Assembly (NCBI GenBank): GCA_964607485.1
Contig: CAZSKP010000003.1
Coordinates: forward strand, 96,001 to 160,000
Direction: 5' to 3'
Source: an uncultured bacterium
GTDB lineage: Bacteria; Abyssobacteria; SURF-5
Length of the DNA: 64,000 bases
Below the pieces are notes generated by a model. The model saw only the letters and a list, made by a program, of their open reading frames with translations, was not told where the DNA came from and did not search any database. The position numbers and the translations under genes are program-made. Positions within the stretch are counted from its first letter, which is position 1; every line of letters begins with the position of its first letter. Shown piece after piece: positions 1 through 10,114 of the stretch.

Positions 1-1
1 C

Positions 2-310
2 ACCGTTTTCACGGTTTCCTCCTTCAAGTTCCTGATCCAGAAGACCGTCGAGAGAGGAATGCCTTTCATGGGTCCGAACAACCAATTCGTCAAGTCGGGT
101 GCATTGATAGCCCTCGGGTGCAACTACCGGGACAACGGGAGGCAGGCCGCAGAGCTGGCTCTCCGCATTCTGGAAGGAGAAAGCCCGTCGAAGATTCCCA
201 TTGCCCGCCCCCGCGAGACCGAAATGGCGCTGAACCTTCGGGTCGCCGAATATATCGGCCTGGACATTCCCGACAGGATTATCAACGAGGCTCAGAAAGT
301 CTTCAGGTAG
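2..310 (+). CDS. ABC-type substrate-binding protein, C-terminal part (5' truncated by window)
   Basis: Frame open from base 2; C-terminus 'GALIALGCNYRDNGRQAAELALRILEGESPSKIPI...LNLRVAEYIGLDIP' resembles the ABC_sub_bind family. Confidence 0.8.
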   Translation, partial: TVFTVSSFKFLIQKTVERGMPFMGPNNQFVKSGALIALGCNYRDNGRQAAELALRILEGESPSKIPIARPRETEMALNLRVAEYIGLDIPDRIINEAQKVFR

Positions 311-343
311 CGTGACGGAGGAATTCGGAAGGGAAGAGTAACG

Positions 344-2077
344 ATGCCGCGTCCGAGATTCAGCGTGCAAAGGAGATTCATCGCGCTCATATCCTGCGCG
401 GTGATTCTCACCTCGGGACTGCTGAGCGCCTACTATTTCATCCGTTGGAAAGAGGATGAGATGGAGGAAATCAGCGAAAAGGGGCAGACCCTGGCGCTTT
501 CCCTCGCGCAGAACTGCGAGTACGGGGTGCTGTTCTCCGACATCCCGCAGCTTGAGCTCCTCGCCAAAGTCGCCGCCGAGGACGTGGACGTGAGTTACGT
601 AACAATCTACGACGAAAAAGGAGTCGTGCTTGCCGAAGTTCATGGGAAGCCCCTCGTGCCCTATCCGGAACAGGGAAGCAGGAGAAGCATCGTTCGGGAA
701 CAAGGACAGGATAAAGAAGCAATCGTCACCTACTTCGAATATGGCAGCAACCGTATTCCCGCCCTTGATATTGTTCGCCCCATCCTGATCGAAAAAGTGG
801 CCAGACACAGGGAAGAATTGGAGCTGATGTGGGAAACGGGCGACGCAGGCGGCGCGAGCGCGGAAACACGCGTCATTGGCCACGTACAGTTGGGGCTTTC
901 GCTCGAAAAACCTCTGGCGCAGCTCCGGGAAATTCGTCGGAATGTCGGCATATTGACTCTTGCGGTGATCGTATCAGGCGTCCTGCTCACCATACCCTTT
1001 GCGCGGCTTATCGTCAGGCCGATCCGGCAACTGGTGGATGCCACACAAAAGATCGCGCAGGGAGACCTGAGCCAGAATGTAGAAGCGAGGACAAAAGACG
1101 AGATCGGCGACCTCGCCCATTCCTTCAACCAGATGGTCGCAGACCTGAAATCGTCCAGGAACGAGGTCGAAGAATACAGCCGGACCCTGGAGAGAAAAGT
1201 TGAGGAAAGAACGGCCGAGCTGGCCAGGGCAAACGAAAGGCTGAAATCGGAACTCACCGAACGCGAGCGAGCCGAAAAGGAGCTCCAGGAATTCGCCGCG
1301 AGGCTGGAGAGAAGCAACCGCGAGTTGACACACTTCGCCTACATCGCATCCCACGACCTCAGGGAGCCGCTTCGGAAGATTCAGGCCTTCGGCGACCGAC
1401 TCGTGTCCAAGTGTCGGGAATCGCTCCCCGAAGAGGGGCGCGATTATCTGGACCGCATGCAGAGCGCGTCCGAGCGGATGCAAGACCTGATCGACGGGCT
1501 GCTCACGTTCTCCAGAGTCACGACCAAGGCGCAGCCCTTCAGCCCAGTCGACCTCACCAAAGTGGCGCGGGAGGTCTTGTCCGACCTGGAGGTGACCATC
1601 GAGCAGACCGGGGGACGCGTGGAGCTGGGGGACCTGCCCACCATCGACGCCGACCCGCTCCAGATGCGCCAACTGCTGCAAAACCTCATTGGCAATGCGC
1701 TGAAATTCCACCGGAACGAGGAGACTCCTCTCGTAAAAGTAAGCGCCCAAATGCTCAACGGCGAGAAGGGACGCCCGGGCGCGGAATCCTCGAACAGCCT
1801 TTGTCAAGTTGTCGTGGAGGATAACGGCATCGGATTCGACGAAAAACACTGCGACCGCATTTTCGAGGTTTTCCAGCGCCTGCACGGACGAAGCGAATAC
1901 AAGGGCTCTGGCGTCGGGCTGGCGGTCTGCAAGAAGATTGCCGAGCGACACGGCGGAAGCATCACTGCTAAGAGCGTGCCGGGGCAAGGCGCGACATTCA
2001 TCGTCACGCTGCCTGTCAAACAACCCAAAGGAGGAAACATACAATGGAACGATACGGAACCCCCATCACGATCCTGA
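344..2077 (+). CDS. Membrane sensor histidine kinase (2 TM, periplasmic domain, HAMP, HisKA, HATPase)
   Basis: HAMP 'DEIGDLAHSFNQM', H-box 'FAYIASHDLREPLRKI', N/G boxes 'NLIGNALKF', 'DNGIG', 'GSGVGL'. Confidence 0.95.
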   Translation: MPRPRFSVQRRFIALISCAVILTSGLLSAYYFIRWKEDEMEEISEKGQTLALSLAQNCEYGVLFSDIPQLELLAKVAAEDVDVSYVTIYDEKGVVLAEVHGKPLVPYPEQGSRRSIVREQGQDKEAIVTYFEYGSNRIPALDIVRPILIEKVARHREELELMWETGDAGGASAETRVIGHVQLGLSLEKPLAQLREIRRNVGILTLAVIVSGVLLTIPFARLIVRPIRQLVDATQKIAQGDLSQNVEARTKDEIGDLAHSFNQMVADLKSSRNEVEEYSRTLERKVEERTAELARANERLKSELTERERAEKELQEFAARLERSNRELTHFAYIASHDLREPLRKIQAFGDRLVSKCRESLPEEGRDYLDRMQSASERMQDLIDGLLTFSRVTTKAQPFSPVDLTKVAREVLSDLEVTIEQTGGRVELGDLPTIDADPLQMRQLLQNLIGNALKFHRNEETPLVKVSAQMLNGEKGRPGAESSNSLCQVVVEDNGIGFDEKHCDRIFEVFQRLHGRSEYKGSGVGLAVCKKIAERHGGSITAKSVPGQGATFIVTLPVKQPKGGNIQWNDTEPPSRS

Positions 2078-2502
2078 TGGCCGACGACGATCCGGACGAT
2101 TGCCTGATGGCCAAGGAGGCGTTGGAGGAGAACCGATTGGCCAACGACCTGCATTTCGTCGGGGACGGCGAGGAGTTGCTCGATTATCTACGTCATCGTG
2201 GGAAGTACGCCGGTCCGGACAGTTCGCCCACGCCCGGCCTGATCCTGCTCGACCTCAACATGCCCCGGAAGGACGGGCGTGAGGCACTCAGGGAGATAAA
2301 AGAAGACCCCAACCTGCGGCGGATTCCAATCGTGGTACTCACCACCTCGAAGGCGGAAGAGGATATCTGCCGAACTTACGACCTCGGCGTAAACTCGTTC
2401 ATCGTCAAACCCGTATCCTTCGAGGGGCTTGTCAATGTGATGAAGACTCTGTGCGAGTACTGGTTCGAAATCGTCAAACTTCCCACCGACGAGAGTTATT
2501 GA
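2044..2502 (+). CDS. Single-domain response regulator (Rcp1-like)
   Basis: 'ILMADDDPDD', 'LILLDLNMPRKDG', 'IVVLTTS', 'GVNSFIVKP'. Confidence 0.95.
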   Translation: MERYGTPITILMADDDPDDCLMAKEALEENRLANDLHFVGDGEELLDYLRHRGKYAGPDSSPTPGLILLDLNMPRKDGREALREIKEDPNLRRIPIVVLTTSKAEEDICRTYDLGVNSFIVKPVSFEGLVNVMKTLCEYWFEIVKLPTDESY

Positions 2503-2509
2503 AAACGAT

Positions 2510-4435
2510 ATGGACGACCGCAAACTTAAGATCCTGCTCGTTGACGACGACGAGGACGATTACATTATCGTCCGAGACATGATCTCCGAGATCCCGGGGC
2601 ACGGATACAGCCTCGAATGGCTGGCGACGTACGATGCGGCTTTGGACGCGGTTGGTCGCAATCACCACGACGTGTACATCTTCGATTACCGTCTGGGCGA
2701 GCGTGACGGGCTCGAACTCTTGCGCGAGGCGATTGCAAACGGCTGCAAGACCCCGATGATTCTGATGACGGGCCAGGGAGACCGCGAGGTGGACATCGAG
2801 GCGATGAAGGCGGGAGCGGCGGACTACCTCGCGAAGGGACAGATAAGCCCGCTGCTGCTCGAGCGCTCGATACGCTACGCCGTCGAACGGGCCCGCACGT
2901 TGGAATCGCTCCAGAACAGCGAGGAACGCTTTCGCTCTGTGGCGCAAACGGCGAACGACGCAATCATCTGCATCGACAGCAACGGAACAGTGGTCTTCTG
3001 GAACAATGCGGCGCAGACCATGTTCGGACACACCGCCGATGAGGCCGCGGGCATGAAGTTCACCGACATAATGCCCGAAAGGCTCAGGGAGGAGCAACGA
3101 ACCGACCTGAAACGGGCGGTCACAACCGGACAATCGGTCGTCGTCGGCAGGACAACTGAGTTCGTCGGGCTCAGGAAGAACGGCAGCGAGTTTCCCATAG
3201 AGCTCTCCCTCGCCATGTGGAGGACGAAAGACGACCTCTTCTTCACGGCGATCGTACGGGACATCACCGAGCGCAAGCAGCTCGAGCAGCAACTCTTCCA
3301 GGCGCAGAAGATGGAAAGCATCGGAACGCTGGCGGGCGGCATCGCCCACGACTTTAACAACCTGTTGGGCGGAATCCTGGGGTATGTTTCACTCATGAAA
3401 TCAAAGATCTCACAAGACCATCAGTTCTTCGATTATGTCGAAACGATCGAGAAGAGCGCGTCCCGCGCCGCCGAGCTCACGGCGCAGCTCCTTGCGTTCG
3501 CCCGGCGCGGAAAATACGTCGTCAGGGCGGTTGACCTGAACGACATCATTAAAGAAACCGTGAAGATCGTCGGGAGAACGTTCGATAAATCGATAGAAAT
3601 CGAGATCCTTCTGTGCGACCCAATTCCGCCGGTCGAGGCGGACGCCGGCCAGGTGCAGCAGGCGCTGATGAACCTCTGCGTGAACGCACGCGACGCGATG
3701 CCCCAGGGAGGGACGCTGACCGTCAAGACGAGCGTCGCGACGCTCGGCCACGACTTTGTCGAGAAACACGCGGAGGCGAAAGAAGGCGAGTACGTCGTCC
3801 TGTCTCTGACCGATACCGGAGTGGGCATGAACAAGGAAACGATGGAGAGAATATTCGACCCCTTCTTCACGACGAAAGAAGTCGGCAAGGGCACGGGGCT
3901 CGGATTGCCGATGGTATACGGGGTCGTCAAGAATCACGGCGGGTTTGTGCTGGTGCACAGCGAACCTGGAGCGGGCGCGACGTTCGAGCTTTTCCTGCCC
4001 GTGAGCGGCAGAGCCGAGGCGACGGAATCTGCGCCCGTCGAGACCGCTCACGAGCAGAAGGGGCTGATTCTCGTCGTGGACGATGAGGAGCCTCTCCGCT
4101 TTCTTGTGAAAGAAATGCTCGAGGCCCACGGCTATCGCGTGCTGCTGGCCGAAACCGGCCCGCAGGCGGTCAAGGTGTATGGCGAGAGGAACGGTGACAT
4201 AAGCCTGGTGATTCTCGACATGATTATGCCGGAGATGGGAGGCCGCGAGACCTTCCTGAAATTGAAAGAGATTGACCCGACAGTCAGGGCGCTCCTTTCC
4301 ACCGGCTATGGCCAGGATGGAGATGTGCAGGAGGCCGTGGAAAGCGGCGCCAGGGGATTCATTCAGAAGCCGTATCGGCTCGGCGAGCTGGTGTCCAGAG
4401 TGAGAACGGCGCTCGGCGCAAATGAGCAAGCCTGA
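2510..4435 (+). CDS. Hybrid histidine kinase (REC-PAS-HisKA-HATPase-REC)
   Basis: N-terminal REC, PAS 'FPIELSL...[12 protein letters not shown]', '[11 protein letters not shown]', '[16 protein letters not shown]', C-terminal REC. Confidence 0.95.
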   Translation: MDDRKLKILLVDDDEDDYIIVRDMISEIPGHGYSLEWLATYDAALDAVGRNHHDVYIFDYRLGERDGLELLREAIANGCKTPMILMTGQGDREVDIEAMKAGAADYLAKGQISPLLLERSIRYAVERARTLESLQNSEERFRSVAQTANDAIICIDSNGTVVFWNNAAQTMFGHTADEAAGMKFTDIMPERLREEQRTDLKRAVTTGQSVVVGRTTEFVGLRKNGSEFPIELSLAMWRTKDDLFFTAIVRDITERKQLEQQLFQAQKMESIGTLAGGIAHDFNNLLGGILGYVSLMKSKISQDHQFFDYVETIEKSASRAAELTAQLLAFARRGKYVVRAVDLNDIIKETVKIVGRTFDKSIEIEILLCDPIPPVEADAGQVQQALMNLCVNARDAMPQGGTLTVKTSVATLGHDFVEKHAEAKEGEYVVLSLTDTGVGMNKETMERIFDPFFTTKEVGKGTGLGLPMVYGVVKNHGGFVLVHSEPGAGATFELFLPVSGRAEATESAPVETAHEQKGLILVVDDEEPLRFLVKEMLEAHGYRVLLAETGPQAVKVYGERNGDISLVILDMIMPEMGGRETFLKLKEIDPTVRALLSTGYGQDGDVQEAVESGARGFIQKPYRLGELVSRVRTALGANEQA

Positions 4436-4474
4436 CGTACCTAGCATCCCTTCCCGGAAACACCCGCCGATCGT

Positions 4475-4735
4475 TTACTTCTTCATTGCGTCGGGATTTC
4501 CCACTGTGCTGGGGGTGTGTTTGGGTTGAGCAGTTGGCCGCCGTGAATGCAGGTTGGGAAAAATGACATTCATTCCTCCCGGCGCTGCCCGGAGCATGAA
4601 GTTGGCCAGATAGATTCGGCACGCCTTCCCATTGACCGTATCCTGCCAGCCCGGATAGTGGGAATCGGAAGGCACCAGGTATCCCGGCCGGGTGGAGCGT
4701 ACAAGACTATCGACACAACCGGGCTCATCGCGCAC
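4475..4735 (-). pseudogene. Degenerate C-terminal remnant of a YfhO-family gene
   Basis: 'PGYLVPSDSHYPGWQDTVNGKACRIYLANFMLRAAPGG' parallels 'PSLVILTDSYYPGWNAFVDG..PIWRANSLFRAVETPAG' of the intact YfhO genes in this window; no N-terminal part present. Confidence 0.7.
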
Positions 4736-4823
4736 AAATCTTGCCTGTCCGTCCGCCGTTTGGGTATGCGCATCCGTCGGTTCAACCGGTTCTACTCCCG
4801 ACGGCGTTTCCGATAAGAGGACT

Positions 4824-5957
4824 TCAGTGGCTGGGTGCGGAACTCTCCTTTAGAATCGCAATAACCGTGGGTGCCAGGGCGGCGGCGATCCTCCTCTGGC
4901 CCGCTGCTTTGCAATGTCCCCATTTGTCTTTGAAGTACCTGTGTTCGAGCAGATTGGAAAGGTCCACGAAGTAGACGTTTTCCTTTTCAGTCGCTTTCAT
5001 AACCATCTGCATGGAATGTTCAAGGGCGGGCTTGTCTAAGATTCCGACGTCGGCAAAGGATTCCAGGTCCAACGGCCAGACAAAGAAGAGGACCTTTGTT
5101 CCGTGTTTCGATGCGACACTGGCAAGGGCTCGAAGGTCTTTCATCATGGGATTGGAATTCGTAACTCCCATCGGGAAATTCGCTTCAAAGGTCGAACGCA
5201 GGTCAGAGGGAGGCTGTTCCTCGGCATCCGGTTGCCCGTCTTCGATCGATTCGGAGGGCGTCTCAATACTGGCGTTCTCTTCTCCCGCGACTTTCGGGAG
5301 AACTGCGGCTTGGGGTTGAGGACGCAAATGGGCCCTCAGGTTGTCCAAAACCCACATCTTGATTCCCATGGGGTAGAGAGAGTAGATGGAGAACTTGTAT
5401 TCAATTTGTTTCGTCAAAGATATGCCCCTTGACCTGACAGGATTCTCATGCTCCGAAAGGACCCCGCCACGGAGGGGGGCAAGCGCTGACAACTCGGGGT
5501 TGAAATAGCTTTTCTCGCTTAACCAAGAGGATCCAAACGTTCTCCAATTTATGGGTATTACGATCAAATCGGGGGAATATCTCTCTGCCTCGTAAAACAG
5601 ACAGTAATAGTCAAACATGTCGGCCGCTACAAAGGCCCACTGAGAGACTATCAAGTTTTGAAACTCTGCTCTCTTGCTTATTTCCTCATCAAGCAGCTTG
5701 GACATGCCATCATATGCGGGAAAATAATTAGAATCGCCAAGACAAATGACTTTCAGTGGATTGCCTTTGTTATCTGACAATTTATCATACCAGCGCTTGC
5801 TGAACAGGTACGAATAGGGTTTGTTCTCGCTCGCACGTTCAATAAACGGTTCGAAGCCGATCAATTGCAGAGACAGCATCGCTGCCGCAACCAGCCAGGC
5901 CAGGTAGTAGATTCCTATCCTTATCGGAGCGGCGCTGCTTCTTTGGCGTAGGTTCAT
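4824..5957 (-). CDS. Membrane-anchored SGNH-fold protein (DltD/AlgJ-like acyltransferase or esterase)
   Basis: N-terminal TM, 'VICLGDS' block I and C-terminal 'FKDKWGHC' Asp/His motif. Confidence 0.65.
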   Translation of the reverse strand: MNLRQRSSAAPIRIGIYYLAWLVAAAMLSLQLIGFEPFIERASENKPYSYLFSKRWYDKLSDNKGNPLKVICLGDSNYFPAYDGMSKLLDEEISKRAEFQNLIVSQWAFVAADMFDYYCLFYEAERYSPDLIVIPINWRTFGSSWLSEKSYFNPELSALAPLRGGVLSEHENPVRSRGISLTKQIEYKFSIYSLYPMGIKMWVLDNLRAHLRPQPQAAVLPKVAGEENASIETPSESIEDGQPDAEEQPPSDLRSTFEANFPMGVTNSNPMMKDLRALASVASKHGTKVLFFVWPLDLESFADVGILDKPALEHSMQMVMKATEKENVYFVDLSNLLEHRYFKDKWGHCKAAGQRRIAAALAPTVIAILKESSAPSH

Positions 5958-6290
5958 AGCCGATTACCGGACTTAGAATTGAAGGTACAATCCTCTATGA
6001 GGCGTTCAGCATTCTCAAATCAAGAAAAGCGAGAAAAGAGAGCGCGAGAACAAATCCGAACCGCAGCAAACATTCGATGTCAAATATGTGCTCAGCGGCA
6101 AGTTTACCATGCACGCGCGTATGGTTGCAAGCACTGAACCTCCTTGCTTTTTCGAAATTAACTGTGTTAAGATGTCGCGCAAACGGGCTGGAGGGCGCTC
6201 TTCGGCGAATGTGAAAGATCGTGCCGAAGGCTTCATGGAAGGATGGTCCCACCCGATAAACTCCAGTGGATCCCTCCGGGCAGGTAGAAT

Positions 6291-8288
6291 TTGGCTTACC
6301 GCGACTATCAAGAATACCTATCTCGCAAAGACAGCCAATCATTCCAGATATTAGCGGGTTTGGGCTCGATTCTTTCGGGCGTCTTGATTGCGGGAGCGGT
6401 CATCTATTTGCTGCCGCGGAATCTGTCTTCGTTGGAAAAGGCCCGAGAACTGGGCATCATCAGTCGGTCCGTCGTTGACGGGTATCCGAAGGCATCGGAA
6501 ATTCAATATTATGTCCTCGGCGTAATCGTTTCCCTCCTGAGCGGCCTTTCCATATTTCTGGGGATTACGTATTCTCACTACAAGAAGAGGAGCCTGGAGC
6601 GTACCGCCAAGGAGAGCCTTTTCGTTTATGACGGGGAGATGCCAAAACCTCGAATGGGACTGCTTCGCTGGGGAGCCCTGGTCGTGGTATTGTTCCTTGC
6701 CACTTTCCATACGGATTTCATATACAAGAATTGGTACTGGTCGGACTGGGGATTTTTCTTCGAAGAAGGCATCTATTTGCGCTGGATCAATGACCTGTTG
6801 AAGGGGAGAATTCTATACAAGGACATCTACTTCTACGGCGGTCCCTTCATGCTCTGGCCCCAGTATTGGCTGATGAAGCTGTGCGGGCCTTCCATTGCCA
6901 TCAACAGGTACTATGTCTATTTCTGCTACCTCGTCGGCTATTTAATCGTGTTCAAAGTCCTGCGCGAAACGATAAGAAACAGGATAGTGCTGTCGGTCGG
7001 CGTGGTGCTGATCGTGTATTTCTACTATCCCATGTTCCCGGGCTTCCATCGCTCGCTGGGGCGATTCGCCTTCGCGCTGCTTCCGCTCTATTTTCTGTAC
7101 AAATACTTCTTTCGGAAGGGCCGTTTGTACCTGCTCATATCGGGCGTATGCTCCGGACTCGCTCTTCTTTTCAGCCAGGAGCTGGGCATAAGCGCGCTGA
7201 TCGCGGCGCTGGCGATGCTGGCCGCTTTTGACTATCGGGAGGGAGAGACGATAAAGAACCTGGTGCGTCAGTTTTCTCTTATCGGCGCCGGAATTTTCGT
7301 CGCTCTGCTTCCCGTATTGGGCTATTTTGCGTTACACCGCGCTCTGGGCGACCTTTACGAGACGGTGATTGCCGGCACCAGATACTATACGCTGGGAATT
7401 TGGGGATACAGTTTTCCGAGTCTTTTCCAGCTCATCAAGAATCCGGCGGCGAGCAGGTACGACGTCGTCGAAACGTTGCTCGCTTATTGGCCGATACTAT
7501 TCTATGTCTGCAGTGTCTTTTTCTTCCTGGCCTTGTTTCTCAGGAAATCATTCAGCAACAGACACATCTTATACTTCGGTATCGCTGCGTTGGGTGGGAT
7601 GATTTTCCAGCGGGCTCTCGGCATATACTATCTCTTCCAGATAGGTACCCTCATCTATCCGCTGGTGATTCTGAGCGTCGCATACCTGGATATGGCCTGG
7701 CCGAGAGTGCGCACGCTGTTTGAGAATGGAAGCGTGACCGGGCGAACGATTGAGACGAGTTTCTACGTCGTGGCTCTCGTATTCATAACATCCGGCCTGT
7801 ACGGCTACTCACAGGCGCGCGCCTTCTACCCCGCGGCGCGCCCTCTTGTTTACCTGACCCACCTGAAAAGAAGCAGCGAAGGATTTGTGCCCCTGGACCT
7901 CCCCCGGGCCCGAAACATCTACGTACCGCCGAAAGAGGCGGACGAAATCAGATGTGTCGTCGATTATATCAAGGAAAAGACGACGCCCGAAGAGCCGGTT
8001 TATGTGTTTCCCTTTTCACCGACGTATTACTTCTTGGCCGATCGCGTGAGTCCCGTCAAGTATCCGGTCGCCCACACCACTACGAGGAAATATCGTGAAG
8101 AGACAATAGAGAAACTGGAAGAGGAGAAAGTCCGCTACGTGATTTACATCATGCAGGGACCTTCTCTGGGATTGACCCCTGAAATGCGCTATCCGGAGAT
8201 TACCGACTACATATTCAGAGAATATGCGCCCGAAAAGAGATGCGGTCGCGCAATCATCTCACGGCGCAAGAAACGCTCCGAGCCCTAA
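6291..8288 (+). CDS. Polytopic membrane protein, putative GT-C (ArnT/PMT-like) glycosyltransferase
   Basis: Many TM helices; 'FFEEGIYL..GRILYKDIYFYGGP' loop; C-terminal 'YIKEKTTPEEPVYVFP...YYFLADR'; TTG start uncertain. Confidence 0.7.
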   Translation: MAYRDYQEYLSRKDSQSFQILAGLGSILSGVLIAGAVIYLLPRNLSSLEKARELGIISRSVVDGYPKASEIQYYVLGVIVSLLSGLSIFLGITYSHYKKRSLERTAKESLFVYDGEMPKPRMGLLRWGALVVVLFLATFHTDFIYKNWYWSDWGFFFEEGIYLRWINDLLKGRILYKDIYFYGGPFMLWPQYWLMKLCGPSIAINRYYVYFCYLVGYLIVFKVLRETIRNRIVLSVGVVLIVYFYYPMFPGFHRSLGRFAFALLPLYFLYKYFFRKGRLYLLISGVCSGLALLFSQELGISALIAALAMLAAFDYREGETIKNLVRQFSLIGAGIFVALLPVLGYFALHRALGDLYETVIAGTRYYTLGIWGYSFPSLFQLIKNPAASRYDVVETLLAYWPILFYVCSVFFFLALFLRKSFSNRHILYFGIAALGGMIFQRALGIYYLFQIGTLIYPLVILSVAYLDMAWPRVRTLFENGSVTGRTIETSFYVVALVFITSGLYGYSQARAFYPAARPLVYLTHLKRSSEGFVPLDLPRARNIYVPPKEADEIRCVVDYIKEKTTPEEPVYVFPFSPTYYFLADRVSPVKYPVAHTTTRKYREETIEKLEEEKVRYVIYIMQGPSLGLTPEMRYPEITDYIFREYAPEKRCGRAIISRRKKRSEP

Positions 8289-8301
8289 TGCTTCGCATAT
8301 C

Positions 8302-10086
8302 TCACCTATAGAACTGGAACAGGTATATGCCGCCCCGTTGAGTCTCTCTTACGGGCTCGTGCTCCCTGATGAACAACATCAGCGGCTCTCTTTGCGCTTC
8401 GTCAATATCTTCAAAGTGGACCACCAGGTACTTAATCCGGCTTTCTCTGAAAAACCGGCTGTCTATCCCGATAATGGACCTCCGGGCCGCAGGGGTGAGG
8501 GGAAGGAAAGTATCGGGGGAATCTGCGAACCGGTAGAACGGGCTGTCCATTATCAGTTGCGTCGTCTTTGACTTGGACCTGGGGAAAATGCCCGTGTGTG
8601 TGGCGACTGTGACGAGCTTTCTCTCATGGAACGTCTGGTAATAGAGCACGCTCCGGCTGAGAGGAATCGAAGACACAAGGGGCCACTCGAGCACACCGTA
8701 TTCGGAGTCGTCGCCGAGCAGTTCGGCGTATATGTCGGGAACAGACGGCCGGGTAAGACGTATCGGGAGCTTGAGCCCCTCGACAAAGATGAGCGACGTG
8801 ATTACGAATGGAACAGGGAAGAGCCAGCGCCACTTTCTTGCGGGTATTCTCGCCCAGTAAACATCCATGGCCGTTCCCACGATGACGGCCAGCGCCATCA
8901 GCAGCGGAACGACGAAAATCATCGGATAGCGAAACATCCTGAAGAATGGCGCAATAATTACGAACCATGCAAACGGCATCGGGAGATTAACGATGGGCGT
9001 GCCATTCCATGTCATGTACAAGCCGAACGACAATAACAGGGACGACAAGGCGAGAATCAACCAAAATATATTTCTTTTCTTATTGACAAGCACGACGGAG
9101 ATTGCCACGGACAACAGCAACGAATACGTCAGGAACAGTTCGCCCCAGAACTCCGCCTGACTGGTCTTTCGTAGCAAAAAGCCGATGGACTTGAAAAGCG
9201 TGTGGTCGGCCGACGGAAGGAGATAGTTGGCGAGGTCGGCGCCAATGTAAAAAGGGAATCTCTCAACGGCCACTTCCCTATTAGCGAGGTCGCCGACGAT
9301 TCCCGCCAAGAGAGGCAGAGAAAGCGCTCCGAAGACCGCGCAGGCCACGGCGAAATGCTTCAGCAGTTTCCCGTCGATGGAGATACGCTTCTTGATAACG
9401 TGAAAGCCGAACGCCGGGATAAGGATGATAACCATAATAAAAAAATAGACGAATGAGTTGTAAAGCAGAACGCTCATCAGACAGGCGATCGCTATCAGGT
9501 GCCGCAATTTTCGGCTTTCGAGCCACCTGTAGCAGAAGAACAGGACCAACGGAAGGAACTCCATGCACAGGTTATGGAAACGAGGCACCATGGAGAGATG
9601 AGCCGCACTGAAAGAGAAGATGACTCCTCCGCAAAAAGCGGCCTTCCTGCTCGTCCGAAGCTGCCGCATCAACAGGTACTGAAAGAATCCGGCCGCGGTG
9701 AAAGACCAGAGAACCAGCAAGTTGTATGAAGGGATCAGCTTCAACTTGCCAAAGCTGAGCGCGCTCATGAACAATGCCATCAGGTTGTAGACGAATGAGA
9801 ACGTGTGAAAGGCCAGATTGGTGCCGAAAGGATAATAGATATAGTCCGTGAAGAACGGGTTCCTGTGAGCCAGCAGAGCGGTCTTGGTCCACCAGATGTT
9901 CCACACGAAAATGAACTGGTCGTTGATGCCGGTATTGTCGATGGGAAGCATCGTGTTCATGCGGACAATCAGAGGGTACGTGTACACGGCCGACAGGAGC
10001 AGATAGGCCAAGAGGACGATGAGATTGCGCAGAGGCGGGCTCAGTTTTCCGCTTGTACCGTGAACCGTGGATTCCGAAGGCGTCAT
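8302..10086 (-). CDS. Polytopic membrane protein, putative GT-C/YfhO-like glycosyltransferase
   Basis: 'DQFIFVWNIWW...NPFFTDYIYYPFGTNLAFHT', multiple TMs, 'RMFRYP', 'YYQTFHERKL'; start placed at ATG 10086 (MTPSES). Confidence 0.7.
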   Translation of the reverse strand: MTPSESTVHGTSGKLSPPLRNLIVLLAYLLLSAVYTYPLIVRMNTMLPIDNTGINDQFIFVWNIWWTKTALLAHRNPFFTDYIYYPFGTNLAFHTFSFVYNLMALFMSALSFGKLKLIPSYNLLVLWSFTAAGFFQYLLMRQLRTSRKAAFCGGVIFSFSAAHLSMVPRFHNLCMEFLPLVLFFCYRWLESRKLRHLIAIACLMSVLLYNSFVYFFIMVIILIPAFGFHVIKKRISIDGKLLKHFAVACAVFGALSLPLLAGIVGDLANREVAVERFPFYIGADLANYLLPSADHTLFKSIGFLLRKTSQAEFWGELFLTYSLLLSVAISVVLVNKKRNIFWLILALSSLLLSFGLYMTWNGTPIVNLPMPFAWFVIIAPFFRMFRYPMIFVVPLLMALAVIVGTAMDVYWARIPARKWRWLFPVPFVITSLIFVEGLKLPIRLTRPSVPDIYAELLGDDSEYGVLEWPLVSSIPLSRSVLYYQTFHERKLVTVATHTGIFPRSKSKTTQLIMDSPFYRFADSPDTFLPLTPAARRSIIGIDSRFFRESRIKYLVVHFEDIDEAQREPLMLFIREHEPVRETQRGGIYLFQFYR

Positions 10087-10114
10087 AATTTGGTTGCGGT
10101 CCGATGATCGGGTG

